DNA of 64,000 bases from Eledone cirrhosa (GCA_964016885.1 OZ024743.1:78368001-78432000); one strand, 5' to 3'. Counted from the first letter of the stretch, positions 24,265-43,622 are shown. The notes: generated by a model from the letters alone, not told the origin. Made by a program: numbers and translations.

Positions 24265-26057
24265 TAGCATCATTGTCAACTGCTACAAAGGTAAAGGCGA
24301 TGCACTAGATAGAGGAAACTATAGAGGTATAAAGTTGATGGACCAGGTCATGAAAGTAACAGAAAGAGTTATAGCACAGCTGATTAGGGACCGGGTGAAT
24401 ATAGACGAGATGCAATTTGGGTTTGTACCAGGGAAAGGCACCACTGATGCGCTCTTCCTTGTGAGGCAATTACAGGAAAAGTACCTAGCTAAATGTAAGC
24501 CACTCTACTTGGCATTTGTCGACCTTGAGAAAGCCTTTGACAGAGTTCCACGTGCAGTAATCTGGTGGGCTCTTAGAAAACTAGGAGTAGATGAATGGCT
24601 TGTGAAAGCGGTACAAGCCATGTATAGGGGAGCAGTCAGCAAAGTTAGGATTGGCAATGAGTATAGCGAGGAATTTAGCGTACAGGTTGGGGTCCACCAG
24701 GGCTCTGTTCTTAGCCCTCTCCTGTTCATCATAGTCCTGCAGGCAATAACGGAGGAGTTTAAGACCGGATGCCCATGGGAACTCCTGTATGCTGATGACC
24801 TCGCACTCATAGCTGAATCTATGGTAGAACTAGAGAATAAATTCCAAACCTGGAAGCAGGGACTAGAGAGAAAGGGCCTCAAAGTCAACATGACAAAGAC
24901 TAAGGTCCTTATAAGTAGACGAGAAAACAGAACCCAGATCCCCTCAGGGAAATGGCCTTGCTCAGTATGTAGGAAAGGTGTAGGTAGGAACTCCATTCTT
25001 TGCCCCAAATGCAAACAATGGGTACACAAGAGATGTAGCGGGATCTCAGGAAGCTTAATTAAGAATGTAGGATTCACATGCAGCAGCTGTGCTGAAACAG
25101 CAAGCAAACAGCCACAGGAAACAAGTACCACCAATCTCTGGGAGGGCCCTGTAGAAACAGTAGACAGCTTCTGCTACCTAGGTGACCGAATTAGCAACGG
25201 AGGTGGGTGCTCAGAAAGTACAATAACTAGGGTAAGAACGGGATGGAAGAAGTTTAGGGAACTACTACCACTGCTAGCTGCAAAAGGCTTCTCCCTCAGA
25301 ATGAAAGGCAGACTGTATGATGCGTGTATCCGAACAGCGATGTTGCATGGTAGTGAGACCTGGGCGCTGAAGGTGGAAGACTTACGTAGATTAGAGAGAA
25401 ACGAAGCCTGCATGCTCCGATGGATGTGTAACAGTAATATACGTGAACGACAAAGCATAAATGAATTGAGAGAGAGACTGAGCATAAGAGGAATCAAATG
25501 CTGCGTGCAGGAGAGGCGGTTACGCTGGTATGGACATGTGATGCGTATGAAGGATGACAGCTGCATAAAAAGGTGCAGAGCACTAGAAGTTGATGGAAAC
25601 CGCGGAGTGGGGAGACCCAAGATGACTTGGGATGAGGTGATAAAAGCCGACCTTACCCAACTACACCTCTCAAAGTCAATGACACACGACCGTGACTTCT
25701 GGCGTCACGCAGTAATACAGGGTACCCGACCTCCCATGGGTACATGCTGAAGCATATAAACAATATGCCCCCCCCCCCCCACCGCAAGGTGGTCGTGGAG
25801 GTGCCACGGCAAAAAAGCACCCAGCCCACACTGTAAAGTGGACGTGTAGGCGCCACGAAAAAGCACCCAGCACTCACTGTAAATGAGGTTGGTGTTAGGA
25901 AGGGCATCCAGCTGTAGAAATCAAGCCAGATCAGTTCCTGTATGAGCAAGGCATGGTCAGCCGACCAGACACTGCCCACAACAGGACAACCCGTCTAACC
26001 CATGCTAGCGTGGAAGAACGGACGTAAAACGGTGATGATGATGATGATGATGATGAT
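24265..26057 (+). mobile_element. RTE family 1, 5'-truncated copy in (TA)n
   Basis: Nearly identical to 2818-4612. RT through the stop at 25750, then 3'UTR and (GAT)n tail. Confidence 0.96.
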
Positions 26058-26543
<486 letters not shown>

Positions 26544-28176
26544 ATCATCATCATCATCAACGTTTAACGTCCGTGTTCCACGCTTGCATGGGTTTGGACG
26601 GGGGTAGTCCCACTTGAGGCAAGAGTGATTGTCTTGCTCGCATAGGACTGTCTGGCAGGTTTTCTACAGTTGGATGCCCTTCCTAACACCAACCACATTT
26701 ACAGTGTGGGTCTGGGAGGTTTTTACCGTGTTGCCTACACGGCCACATTACAGCGTGGACTGTGTGTTTTTTTGTCGTGACACCTACACGATCTCGTTTG
26801 TTTCGGCCTGGATGGCGCGGCACCAACATAACTTTACATGGAACGGGGTGGTGTGGATGGGGTGGGGGTGGTGGCGGGACGGGGTGTAGTTTGTTAGAGA
26901 TGCCTACTGGCAAGGCGGGTCTTCTCTGTTACTGAGTACCGCCAAAGGTCACGGTCCAGTGACATTGTCTTGGAGAGGTGTAAGTGTGTGAGGTCGGAGT
27001 TTATCAGCTCATCCCATGTTTTTCTAGGTCTGCCTATTCCGTGGCTACCGTCTATCTTTATTGCCCTGCACTTTGTAATACAGCTATCGACTTTCATGCG
27101 CATCACGTGTCCATACCAACGCAGCCTTCTCTCGAGTAAACAACATCTGATCCCTCTTATCTCTAATTTTTTCCTTAGTTCGTTTATGCTTTGCCGTTCA
27201 CGTATATTACTGTTACACATCCAGCGGAGCATGCAAGCTTCGTTCCTCTCTAGTCTGCGTATATCCTCTGCACACAATGCCCAGGTCTCACTACCATGCA
27301 ACATTGCTGTTCGTATGCAGGCATCGTACAACCTGCCTTTCATTTTTAGGGAGAACCATTTAGCAGCTAATAGTGGTATAAGCTCTCTGAACTTTTTCCA
27401 ACCAGTTCTGACTCTAGCTACAGTACTTTCAGAGCACCCTCCCCCACTGCTGATTTTATCGCCCAGGTAACGGAAGCTGTCCACTATTTCTATAGAACCC
27501 TCTGCGCAATTGAAAGAGCTAGTATTTTGTGGGCACTTGCTGCTACTTATTGCACCAGAACACCGGCCACATGTAAAGTCTATGTTCTTAGTTAGCTTAC
27601 CTGTGATCCCACTACATCTTTTATGCACCCATACTTTGCATTTAGGACATAAGATGGAGTTTCTACCTACGCCTTTCCTACATACCGAGCACGACCATTT
27701 CCCAGAAGGGACCGCCGCCTTGTTTTCTTTCCTACAAACTAGAACTTTGGTCTTAGCCAGGTTAATTTTAAGTCCTTTTGACTCTAGGCCGTGCTTCCAT
27801 GTTTGGAATTTCTTCTCTAGCTCGGCCATTGATTCCGCTATGAGTGTCAGGTCGTCTGCGTATAGGAGTTCCCATGGGCAGCCTGTCTTGAACTCCTCTG
27901 TTATAGCCTGAAGGGCAATAATAAATGGTAGGGGGCTGAGAACAGAGCCCTGATGGACGCCAACTTTTACGCTAAACTCTTCACTATATTCGTTGTTAAT
28001 TCTAACCTTGCTGACTGTTTCTTTATACATGGCTTGTATAGCCCTCACAAGCCATTCGTCAACGCCTAGTTTTCTAAGAGCCCACCAGATAATGGAGCGG
28101 GGGACTCTGTCGAAGGCTTTCTCCAGGTCGACAAAAGCTAAGTAGAGGGGTTTACCTTTAGCTAGGTACTTCTCCT
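26544..28176 (-). mobile_element. RTE family 2, 5'-truncated
   Basis: ORF 28048-26894 ([18 protein letters not shown]-like insert), 3'UTR and (GAT)n tail. A matching short 3' end lies at 42821-42952 (+). Confidence 0.95.
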
Positions 28177-29435
<1,259 letters not shown>

Positions 29436-29444
29436 TTATATATG

Positions 29445-29507
<63 letters not shown>

Positions 29508-29550
29508 GTATATATGTATATATATATATGTCTATATATATATATATGTC

Positions 29551-29632
<82 letters not shown>

Positions 29633-30057
29633 TATGTATATAGTAGAATAATCGAGTATCGATAAATTGGCTCACGAGTTCACGATAAACAAAATTCGAT
29701 ATGAGCGGCAGAGTGCTCCATAATTTAGATAAATCAGAGCTATAACTATCGTTAAAATACCGTCACACACAGAACAAGTCTATAATCGACCGTACGATCG
29801 AAAATTTGCGATCCGGAAGATTCGGGACACTCAGATAAAAAATCAATAAATCAATAAATTAAATGGATGTAAAAAGCATACCCGGACCCGCTAGGAAGAT
29901 GTTAAATCTAGCTTCTTGGGTTTCTGTAAATCCTTAAACTGTTCTCTATCAGCTCACATAAAAATATATAAGACTTCTAGATATCAGTGGACAGGAAAAT
30001 TTATATATATATATATGTTTATATATATATATATACATATGTATATATATATATATT

Positions 30058-30088
<31 letters not shown>

Positions 30089-30120
30089 GTAAATATATAT
30101 ATGTATATATATATATATGT

Positions 30121-33100
30121 ATCATCATCATCATCATCATCATCATCATTTTACGTCCGCTTTTCCCTGCTTGCAAGGGTGGGACGGGTCTTATTCAGCA
30201 CAGCATCTCTCCATTCGTCACGGTCCCTCGTCATCTCCACCGTGAGCTTCAATGATCTGAGGTCTGTTCTCACCACCTCCGCCCATGTTTTTCGTGGTCT
30301 ACCTCTACTACGTCTTCCTTCAACTGGCATTTCCTGGCACTTCTTCACCCATCGGTCATCCTCCATGCGCATCACATGTCCATACCACCTCAGTCTCCTC
30401 TCCCGTACACTACATTCTATCCCTCTCAGACACAGTTTCTCTCTCAACACATTTATGCTGGGTCGTTCACGCACATTTACACTGCACATCCAACGGAGCA
30501 TGCTTGCCTCATTTCTCTCCAGCCGTCGCATATCTTCTGCGGTAGCTGCCCATGTCTCACTACCATGCAGCATCGCGCTCCTCACACAGGCATCATACAA
30601 CCGGCCTTTCGTACGCAGGGAGAAACCCTTCTTCGTCAACAGAGGAAGCAGCTCCCTAAACTTCTTCCAACCCGTCCTTATTCTAGATACTATGGCCTCG
30701 GAACACCCTCCTCCCATGCTAATCTGATCTCCTAGGTACCGGAAGCTATCCACCACTTCTATAGCGCCCTCTCGCATTTGAAAAATGTGTCTATCAGTGC
30801 GACTTCTACTGTCTAATTTCCCTGTACATCTACTGCATACATATTTCTCCCTACCTGTTAGTTTGCCTGCTATCCCGCTACATCTCTTGTGTACCCAGGA
30901 CCTACATTGTGTGCATTTTATAGAATTTATGCCAGTTCCTTTTCTGCATATCGAACATGGCCATTTCCCTGACGGAATCAGGGTTTTGTCCTCTTTTCTA
31001 CTCATCAACACTTTTGTCTTAGCTAGATTTACTCTCAGTCCTCTTGCTTCCAACTGCTGTTTCCATAGCCGGAATTTATTCTCTAGCTCCTCTACTGATT
31101 CTGCCATAAGAGCCAGATCGTCAGCATAGAGAAGTTCCCATGGACAGCCAGTCTTAAACTCCTCTGTTATGGCTTGGAGGACTATAATGAACAAGAGCGG
31201 GCTGAGGACCGAACCCTGATGTACTCCTACTTGTATCTGGAATTCCTCACTAAACTCCATTCCTACCCTGACTTTACTGAGAGTACCTCTGTACAAAGTT
31301 TGCACTGTCCTTACAAGCCATTCCTCAACACCCAGCTTCCTTAGGGACCACCAGATGACAGATCGGGGTACCCTATCAAAGGCCTTCTCTAGGTCAACAA
31401 AGGCCAAGTATAGTGGCTTATTCTTCTCTAAGAACCTCTCTTGCATTTGTCTCACCAAGAAGAGGGCATCTGTTGTACTCTTCCCAGGCACAAAACCAAA
31501 CTGCATCTCATCTAGTTTGACCCTTTCTCTAATTAGTTGTGCTAAAATCCTTTCTGCCACTTTCATAACCTGATCTATCAGTTTTATACCCCTATAATTG
31601 CTCCTCTCCAAAGCATCCCCTTTACCTTTGTAGCAATTTATGAGAATACTGCTGCACCAGTCTTTGGGTATGACACCACCATATATAGCCTGATTGATTA
31701 TGCGTGCAACCAGTTTAGTGCCTACGTCCCCTGATGCCTTCAGCATCTCAGCAACTATTCCCGATGGTCCGGCCGCCTTACCATTTTTCATTTCCCTAAT
31801 CGCCTCTTGGACCCTATATTCGTCAATCTCAATAACTGGTCCCTCTGTCGGATCTACCAAGGGTAATTTCTCTCTCTCCCATTCGTTCTCCACATTCATC
31901 AGTCTCTCATAATGGCATTTCCAGGCCTCCTTTTTCTGGTCATTCGTGACACTAAGTACACCGGCATCATCCCGGACACATTTATCACCAACAACATCCT
32001 GATTTGCATTGACACACTGCCTTGCAATGTGGAACACCGCACGCCTCTGATCTTCCCGTCGCAGAACATTGGCAAACCTCCTACTCTCTGCCTCCCTGCG
32101 TGCTAAGTACACCTGACGTCTAGCTTCTCTCTTAGTGGCTGTATATTCTTCCCTACTCCCACCCTTATTCCAAGCCTTCCATGCTAGTCTTTTGTCTCTA
32201 ATAGCCTTATCTACACTGCTGTTCCACCACCAGGTCACTCTCTGTCTGGTTGGGGCTCTGCTCCAGCCACAAGTTTCATCAGTAGCCTTCAGCAAGTTGT
32301 CACGTAAGAACTTCCAGTTATTATCTATGTCATACGTCTCTAAATCGTCTTCTTTTTCGTCATATACATCTTGAAGGGCTTTCCTAAATTTGAATTTTAG
32401 TGAAAGGTCTTTTAGCTTCCAGACCTTTCTTCTCCACACCTTCCTATATGGCTCATTCCATCTCTTGCTTACTGAGATATCACTAACAACTAACCTATGC
32501 TGTGGGGTACATTCTTCCCCAGGGTATGCCTTGGTATTAGACACTATCTGCCTGTCCCGCTGCCTAACTAGCAGGAAGTCAATCTGGCTTATGTGCTCAC
32601 CAGATTTGTAGGTTATTAGGTGATTGGCAGGTTTCTGGAAGTTTGTGTTGCAAATAGTCAATGTACTTGCATCACAAAATTCAAGAAGTCTCACTCCTTC
32701 TTCATTTCTTGAACCGTAACCATGCCCACCATGTACCCCAGTGTAACCATCCTGGAGCTGTCCAACATGACCATTGAAGTCTCCTGCTAGCATAACGATG
32801 TCTCCGTCCTCTGTCATTGTGGTTGTTTGCAAAAGTTGCTCATAAAAGCAGTCTTTCTCATCTTTGCCTAGGCCTGCTTGGGGAGCATAGACCGAGATGA
32901 TTGTCAGTAGTCTCCTACCTACAACTAATCTAAGCTTAATTATTCGATAACTAACTCGAACTACCTCTATTGTCTTATTGATCCATTTCTCAGCCAGGAA
33001 AATGCCTACTCCCCCTAACCCATCATCCTTACCTACCCAGAATAGCTTATAGCTAAGACGCTTGCCTACGACTAGTCTCGCAGAGGCACCTCTCCATCTC

Positions 33101-33420
33101 ACCTCTTGCACGCAGCACACATCCACCTGCCTTCTCTCCAGCATCTCCGCTATTTCAGCAGATCTACCTCTGAGAGTGCCAACATTAAGTGTTGCAACTC
33201 TGAGATGCGACGTCTTCATATTTTTTTTTTTTTTTTCTATGCTGTTTTGTTGCTGTGCTGATAAGCTTTTTGGCATTGATACACTGGTTGGATGCCCTTC
33301 CTAACACCAGCGCCACTTTACAGCATGGACTGGGTGCTTTTATTTGTGCCACCAGCACTAGAGAGGATGTCTTACTAGACTCAAGGGCCCTCTCTACCCC
33401 TCCATTTTACAGCATGGTCA
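30121..33420 (-). mobile_element. RTE LINE family 3, apparently full length
   Basis: 5'UTR 33420-33277, intact ORF, and a stop immediately followed by (GAT)n at 30149-30121. Flanked by TA tracts. Confidence 0.95.
30151..33276 (-). CDS. RTE ORF, 1041 aa: APE endonuclease + reverse transcriptase + PHD-like insert
   Basis: [66 protein letters not shown]. No stops. Confidence 0.93.
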   Translation of the reverse strand: MPKSLSAQQQNSIEKKKKNMKTSHLRVATLNVGTLRGRSAEIAEMLERRQVDVCCVQEVRWRGASARLVVGKRLSYKLFWVGKDDGLGGVGIFLAEKWINKTIEVVRVSYRIIKLRLVVGRRLLTIISVYAPQAGLGKDEKDCFYEQLLQTTTMTEDGDIVMLAGDFNGHVGQLQDGYTGVHGGHGYGSRNEEGVRLLEFCDASTLTICNTNFQKPANHLITYKSGEHISQIDFLLVRQRDRQIVSNTKAYPGEECTPQHRLVVSDISVSKRWNEPYRKVWRRKVWKLKDLSLKFKFRKALQDVYDEKEDDLETYDIDNNWKFLRDNLLKATDETCGWSRAPTRQRVTWWWNSSVDKAIRDKRLAWKAWNKGGSREEYTATKREARRQVYLARREAESRRFANVLRREDQRRAVFHIARQCVNANQDVVGDKCVRDDAGVLSVTNDQKKEAWKCHYERLMNVENEWEREKLPLVDPTEGPVIEIDEYRVQEAIREMKNGKAAGPSGIVAEMLKASGDVGTKLVARIINQAIYGGVIPKDWCSSILINCYKGKGDALERSNYRGIKLIDQVMKVAERILAQLIRERVKLDEMQFGFVPGKSTTDALFLVRQMQERFLEKNKPLYLAFVDLEKAFDRVPRSVIWWSLRKLGVEEWLVRTVQTLYRGTLSKVRVGMEFSEEFQIQVGVHQGSVLSPLLFIIVLQAITEEFKTGCPWELLYADDLALMAESVEELENKFRLWKQQLEARGLRVNLAKTKVLMSRKEDKTLIPSGKWPCSICRKGTGINSIKCTQCRSWVHKRCSGIAGKLTGREKYVCSRCTGKLDSRSRTDRHIFQMREGAIEVVDSFRYLGDQISMGGGCSEAIVSRIRTGWKKFRELLPLLTKKGFSLRTKGRLYDACVRSAMLHGSETWAATAEDMRRLERNEASMLRWMCSVNVRERPSINVLREKLCLRGIECSVRERRLRWYGHVMRMEDDRWVKKCQEMPVEGRRSRGRPRKTWAEVVRTDLRSLKLTVEMTRDRDEWRDAVLNKTRPTLASREKRT

Positions 33421-33438
33421 TTTAAAAAAAAAAAAAAA

Positions 33439-35374
<1,936 letters not shown>

Positions 35375-36794
35375 AGAGTCGTCAGAAAGAAACTAATCCC
35401 TTTCCTCGAAGAAAATGACTGCCTGACTAGCACGCAACATGGCTTCCGCCCAGGAAGAAGCTGCCTTATACAGCTGCTACATCATTACCACTGGGTACTG
35501 AGACAACTACTAGACAGCTCACATGTGGACGTGATATATCTTGACTTTGCGAAGGCCTTTGACAAGGTCGACCACGGAATGATATGTCACAAACTACACG
35601 GATTCGGCATAACTGGAAAAGTAGGTGAGTGGCTGCATGGCTTCCTAAGGGACAGAAGCCAGGCAGTCGCAGCAAATGGGGCCCTCTCGAGGGAAACACC
35701 GATAACAAGTGGGGTGCCCCAGGGGACAGTTCTGGGACCACTACTGTATTTGGTGGCTCTCTCGGACATGCCCTCTGTGGTGCATGCAACAACATCCCTC
35801 ACTAGCTATGCTGATGACACTAAGGTAGCACAGGCAATCAAAAACCCGGCTGACGCTGCCCTTTTACAGCAGGATCTGGATGCCATATACAGATGGGCGG
35901 AAGAAAACAACATGCAGTTTAATGCTGGCAAATTCCAAACCCTACAATACAAACCTGCAAACACAAATATAGTGGAACACAGCTACACAGGACCAGGAGG
36001 GACCGATATCCCCGTGTCAGGATCGATACGAGACCTGGGCATAGACATGAGCGATGATGCATCTTTTCCTTCACACATCATGAAAGTGGCGACAATGTGC
36101 AGACGACTTGCTGGCTGGATCTTGAGGACTTTCCGGACAAGAGATCGAGACACCATGTTGACACTGTGGAGGACTTTTGTCCTAAGCCGCCTGGACTACT
36201 GCTCCCAGTTGTGGTCACCCCATAGTGTCAAACTAACCACGGAGCTTGAGGCAATCCAGCGAAGCTACACCAAGAGGATTGCCAAGATGAGGGAGACAAG
36301 CTACTGGGAGAGGCTAAAGGAACTGAACCTCTACTCCTTGAAGCGAAGATGGGAGAGATACGCAGTGATCTACATGTGGAAAATCCTGGAGGGACTAGCA
36401 CCAAACTTTGGCATTGGGAGCTGGACCAACCGCCGAAAAGGACGTCACTGTGTGGTGCCAAAGGTCCCGTCTTCCACATCTAGAATAAGGAGCAGGTATT
36501 GCAATAGCCTGGGATTCAAGGGCCCTCAACTCTTCAACAGGCTGCCGAGGCACCTGAGAGACTTGCATGACGTGGAGGTGGATGTCTTTAAGAAACATCT
36601 CGACGCGTTGTTATCCAGGATCCCGGATGAGCCCACAGCAATACACGAGGGAAACCTAAGGGCAGCAGCAACAAACTCCCTCTTACACCAGTGGCCAACC
36701 TATACAGGCTGGAGATAAAATGTGTAGCAACAAGGGCGGTGCCCCAGCATGGCCTCAGCCGGATGGCTGAAACAGGTAAAAGAGTAAAAGAGTA
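35375..36794 (+). mobile_element. CR1/L2-group LINE, 5'-truncated, RT frame open to 36718
   Basis: [44 protein letters not shown] and [10 protein letters not shown]. Short 3'UTR ending (GTAAAAGA)n. Confidence 0.92.
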
Positions 36795-36806
36795 TATATA
36801 TATATG

Positions 36807-36851
<45 letters not shown>

Positions 36852-36862
36852 ATATATATATG

Positions 36863-36934
<72 letters not shown>

Positions 36935-36953
36935 CATATATACATATATATAT

Positions 36954-37066
36954 ATTGTTATACTTTGGGAGGGTCATGTTGCCAATAAGAAACACACGCA
37001 CCAGTTGCCTATCATTATTGTCAAGTTTCTCTTAAGCTATATTTCAGGTGTCACACACACACACAC

Positions 37067-37117
<51 letters not shown>

Positions 37118-37452
37118 AAAGAATAGAGGTGTAACACACAAGTTATTATATATTGGTAAACGGAATAGAAAATGCTGACAAATTGTTCACAGTGAAAAAT
37201 AGTTTAATTAGGAATAAGTGAGAATTAGTAATTGCATTGGTTAGTATTCAGTTTTGGTTTTAAGTTTTACCGGTTGCGCATTTCTAATGCTTTTCAAAAA
37301 TAATTTTGAGATAGAGCGTCCGTGATGTTTGCTCTGATCTTATTAGTTTTCGGAATTCTACCTGTTTTTATGTTAAAAAAGTGGCTCCAGCGGTATTAAA
37401 ATAAAATGTTTTTATTTTAATACCGCTGGAGCCACTTTTTTAACATAAAAAC

Positions 37453-37516
<64 letters not shown>

Positions 37517-38043
37517 ATACTTTGGGAGGGTCATGTTGCCAATAAGAAACACACGCACCAGTTGCTTTCACTTCAATTTATTATAATAAATTTATAAATT
37601 TATAAATTTATGGTTGGTTGGTTGGTTCCACAACCAGATAGTTGTTTATATATAGTCATAGTTCTTTCGTCTCACAATCAGATGTGGCGCATGCGCAGAC
37701 TGAGCACACAACACATACACACAGAAACAAAATGGCGTAGGACAGAACAAAGGAGAGGCACAGAAACAAAGAAAGGAATCCCCAGTCACTGAAGAGGTCA
37801 TAGAGTGTGTGACGAAAGAACTATGACTATATATAAACAACTATCTGGTTGTGGAACCAACCAACCAACCAGAAATTTATAAATTTATAAATTTATTATA
37901 AATTTATTATAATAAATTGAAGTGAAAGCAACTGGTGCGTGTGTTTCTTATTGGCAACATGACCCTCCCAAAGTATAACAATATCGGTTTCAACACACGA
38001 TTTCAGATAAAGAATCTTGCTAAACAAATTCAGAAATGAAAAA
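36954..38043. mobile_element. composite: family A pLTR tip + family E end + family B + family A fold-back pLTR (37511-38043)
   Basis: 37006-37675 repeats 15291-15965, including two TA spacers. Confidence 0.88.
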
Positions 38044-38123
38044 TATATATATACATACATATATACATATATATATACATACATATATACATATATATAT
38101 ATACATACATATATACACATATA

Positions 38124-38154
<31 letters not shown>

Positions 38155-38185
38155 GTATATATATATATGTGTGTATATATATATG

Positions 38186-38286
<101 letters not shown>

Positions 38287-38287
38287 G

Positions 38288-38878
38288 AAAAAGAACACAA
38301 GAGCGTCTACAACATCAAAAGATTTTTATTGGCTTACAATGTTTCTTACTTACGTAACCGTAGGATTCGTCAGAGCTATAAAAGGGGTTTGATTGGTGTT
38401 ATGGACTCTACCAACCAAACATTCAAGAACAAAGAGTAAAGAGAGTAAATAGCAAAAGTAGGGGACGATAAGTCTAATTTTGGTGCGGGAGGGTGGGTGT
38501 GGGTCCTTGTTTACTAGCTGCGGTCATATTCATTCCCGGGAGTCGGGTGGTTAGCTGAACCATAGATGGGATGGCGTCGATAGTATGGTGCAGAGGGTGC
38601 GCAGAGGCTACACAAACATAAAGGGCATACAATATATATATATATATAGCGGAGGAGAAAGTACATGAGGTAATTAGAAATGGAAAAAGAGTAATAATAA
38701 TAATCTATAATTAATAGTGTATAATAAGGCATGGGGAAGATTACACTATATGCTATTGTTTTAGAGTAGTGACAAACTCACTTACTTTAATCTCAGCAAA
38801 CAAGGGGATATTGCAAAATACATTATATATACATTCATATATATATTGCTATTTCAGAGCTCCAATTCTAATTTTTGC
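38288..38878. mobile_element. TA-flanked insert: family G pLTR (-) joined to a family H 3' end (+, about 38760-38878)
   Basis: HHR motif at 38332-38376(-): gct CUGACGA atcc-tacg-gtta-cgta-agtaa GAAA cattg UA agc. 38763-38872 is homologous to 50350-50487. Confidence 0.6.
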
Positions 38879-41070
<2,192 letters not shown>

Positions 41071-41240
41071 GTTTCGTTTCTAAATTTGTTTAGAAAGATT
41101 CTTTATCTGAAATCGTGTGTTGAAACCGATATTGTTATGCTTTGAGAGGGTCATGTTGCCAATAAGAAACACACGCACCAGTTGCTTTCACTTCAATTTA
41201 TTGTATATTTATAAATTTATAAATTTACAAATTTACAAAC
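41071..41240 (-). mobile_element. family A pLTR 3' end, fused to family F
   Basis: Reverse complement of about 18925-19080. Confidence 0.88.
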
Positions 41241-41241
41241 T

Positions 41242-42147
41242 TAGGGTAGTAGAGTGGGTAATAGGAACAAGTAAGACCCCGACGGCTGAGCTCAAGCCGT
41301 TTCGACGGCTAATTCTGTACTGAATGAAAATTTATTCTGGTATTTAAATAGCCGAACTTATCAAGGGGTAATTCCATATATGGTCAAAGAGATAATCATC
41401 AGGATTGGTCACATCACAAGTTAGTAGTAAATCTGTGATGGCAAGTTGGTGGGGGAAGGGGTAGCTGAACCTGCCGGTAGGAGAAAAAGAGAGAGGGGGT
41501 GGAGTAGACCCATTCATGCGTTGGTAGTGCCAGCTACAGCTGGGTGTGAGGTCAAAGAGGATACTGGGGAAGGGGAGGGGGTGGAGGTCCAAACGGTAAG
41601 TAGAACAATGAAAGGTAAAACTATAAAAAGTACTGAGAGAGAAAAAAAATAAGCAAAATCTGGTTACTAAGACTTAAGTCTCTCGCTATTGCTAGGCTAA
41701 AGAAATACATAAATAAATAAATAAACAAATAAGTGAATAAAAGAATATTTCTTTCTTCTTTTTCCCTTTTTTTGGGGGGGGGGGGGGGGTGTGTTCCTGT
41801 ATTAATTTTCTGTTCTTTACTTTTACTTCGTACGATCTTTCATGTAGCTTGTATAAGACTTTTTGTTTCGTGGCTGTACCCTTAGAGTTAGCACTAGTAT
41901 TTTTTTGCGGGACCCTGAAATATATCCTCGTACTAGTTTACTTTCTTGCACTGGGTGGTTGCTGGCCCTGTGATTGGGGTAGAAACCTTTATTATTTTCG
42001 TGGTAGTCTCTTTAGTATTCTGCCCCCCCCCCCCCCTTTGTTGACCCGTCACCGTACGATACACGCACTTATACCTCGTATAAAGGTCCCTTTATTTCCG
42101 TCCCACCTAGTTTATTTCTATTATTATTATTTATTTTTTTATTCTAC

Positions 42148-42188
<41 letters not shown>

Positions 42189-42679
42189 TCTATTTATTTA
42201 TCTATTCTTTTATTCACTTATTTGTTTATTTATTTATTTATTTCTTTAGCCTAGCAATAGCGAGAGACTTAAGTCTTAGTAACCAGATTTTGCTTATTTT
42301 TTTTTCTCTTTCAGTTTTTTATAGTTTTACCTTTCATTGTTCTACTTACCGTTTGGACCTCCTCCCCCTCCCCATCCCCAGTATCCTCTTTGACCTCACA
42401 CCCAGCTGTAGCTGGCACTACCAACGCATGAATGGGTCTACTCCACCCCCTCTCTCTTTTTCTCCTACCGGCAGGTTCAGCTACCCCTTCCCCCACCAAC
42501 TTGCCATCACAGATTTACTACTAACTTGTGATGTGACCAATCCTGGTGATTATCTCTTTGACCATATATGGAATTACCCCTTGATAAGTTCGGCTATTTA
42601 AATACCAGAATAAATTTTCATTCAGTACAGAATTAGCCCTCGAAACGGCTTGAGCTCAGCCGTCGGGGTCTTACTTGTT

Positions 42680-42684
<5 letters not shown>
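41242..42684. mobile_element. PLE-type element family F: inverted pLTR arms 41261-41747 / 42203-42684
   Basis: About 485-bp near-identical inverted arms, each with an HHR, around a non-coding spacer. Confidence 0.82.
42576..42669 (+). ncRNA. type I hammerhead motif, U3:A8 core, long stem II (family F)
   Basis: acccc UUGAUAA gttc-ggcta..(about 36 nt)..tagcc-ctc GAAA cggc-ttgagctca-gccg UC ggggt, with a GUC cleavage triplet. Mirror copy at 41276-41369(-). Confidence 0.78.
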
Positions 42685-42754
<70 letters not shown>

Positions 42755-43010
42755 GTATATATATTTTATATATATGTATATGTATATATTTGTGTATGTG
42801 TATTTACGTATTTATGTATATAGAAAACCTGCCAGACAGTCCTATGCGAGCAAGACAATCACTCTTGCCTCAAGTGGGACTACCCCCGTCCAAACCCATG
42901 CAAGCGTGGAACACGGACGTTAAACGTTGATGATGATGATGATGATGATGATATGTGTAGATGTGTTTGTATATGCTTGTATATGTGTATATTTATATAT
43001 ATATATATAA

Positions 43011-43045
<35 letters not shown>

Positions 43046-43059
43046 CATATGTGTGTGTG

Positions 43060-43622
43060 TGTGACACCTGAAATATAGCTTAAGAGAAACTTGAAAATAA
43101 TGATAGGTACCCAATATTTGAACTGGTTTATAGAATTCTCTTGGCCTTTGTCTCTCTAAATAGAGCTTTAAAGAATTAGCCTTTAAAGAATTTCCCTTTT
43201 CTTTAAATCCATCAACCATCACCGACCCCCAACCATCTTATAGACACCTGAAATATAGGCATTGTTAGCTTAAGAGAAACTTTAAAATAATGAGTGGCAC
43301 ACCAATATGAACTTGTTTATAGAATTCTTTCTGCCTTTGTCACTCTAAATAGAAATTATAGCCTTAAAGTATTAGCTTTTAATGAATTCCCTTGTCTTTC
43401 AACCAATGACCTCCACCCATCCCACTCCCCACCCTCTCCTACCACCAGAAAAGATATAAATACCACAACATTTATTTTGGACAGCCATATTCCTGATGGT
43501 TTCTAAAGAATGAAACAGTTCTAGTCCTGTAGAATCTCATCTATATTAAAACCTGTTTACTCTGCTATGTATTGACTACCTTACTTACTGTGGTAACCTC
43601 CGATTCAAACCGGAATAACTTA

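Noticed and set aside
41241-41246. TTAGGG at the A/F junction as telomere addition
   Set aside because: It is a single hexamer with no tandem telomeric repeat.
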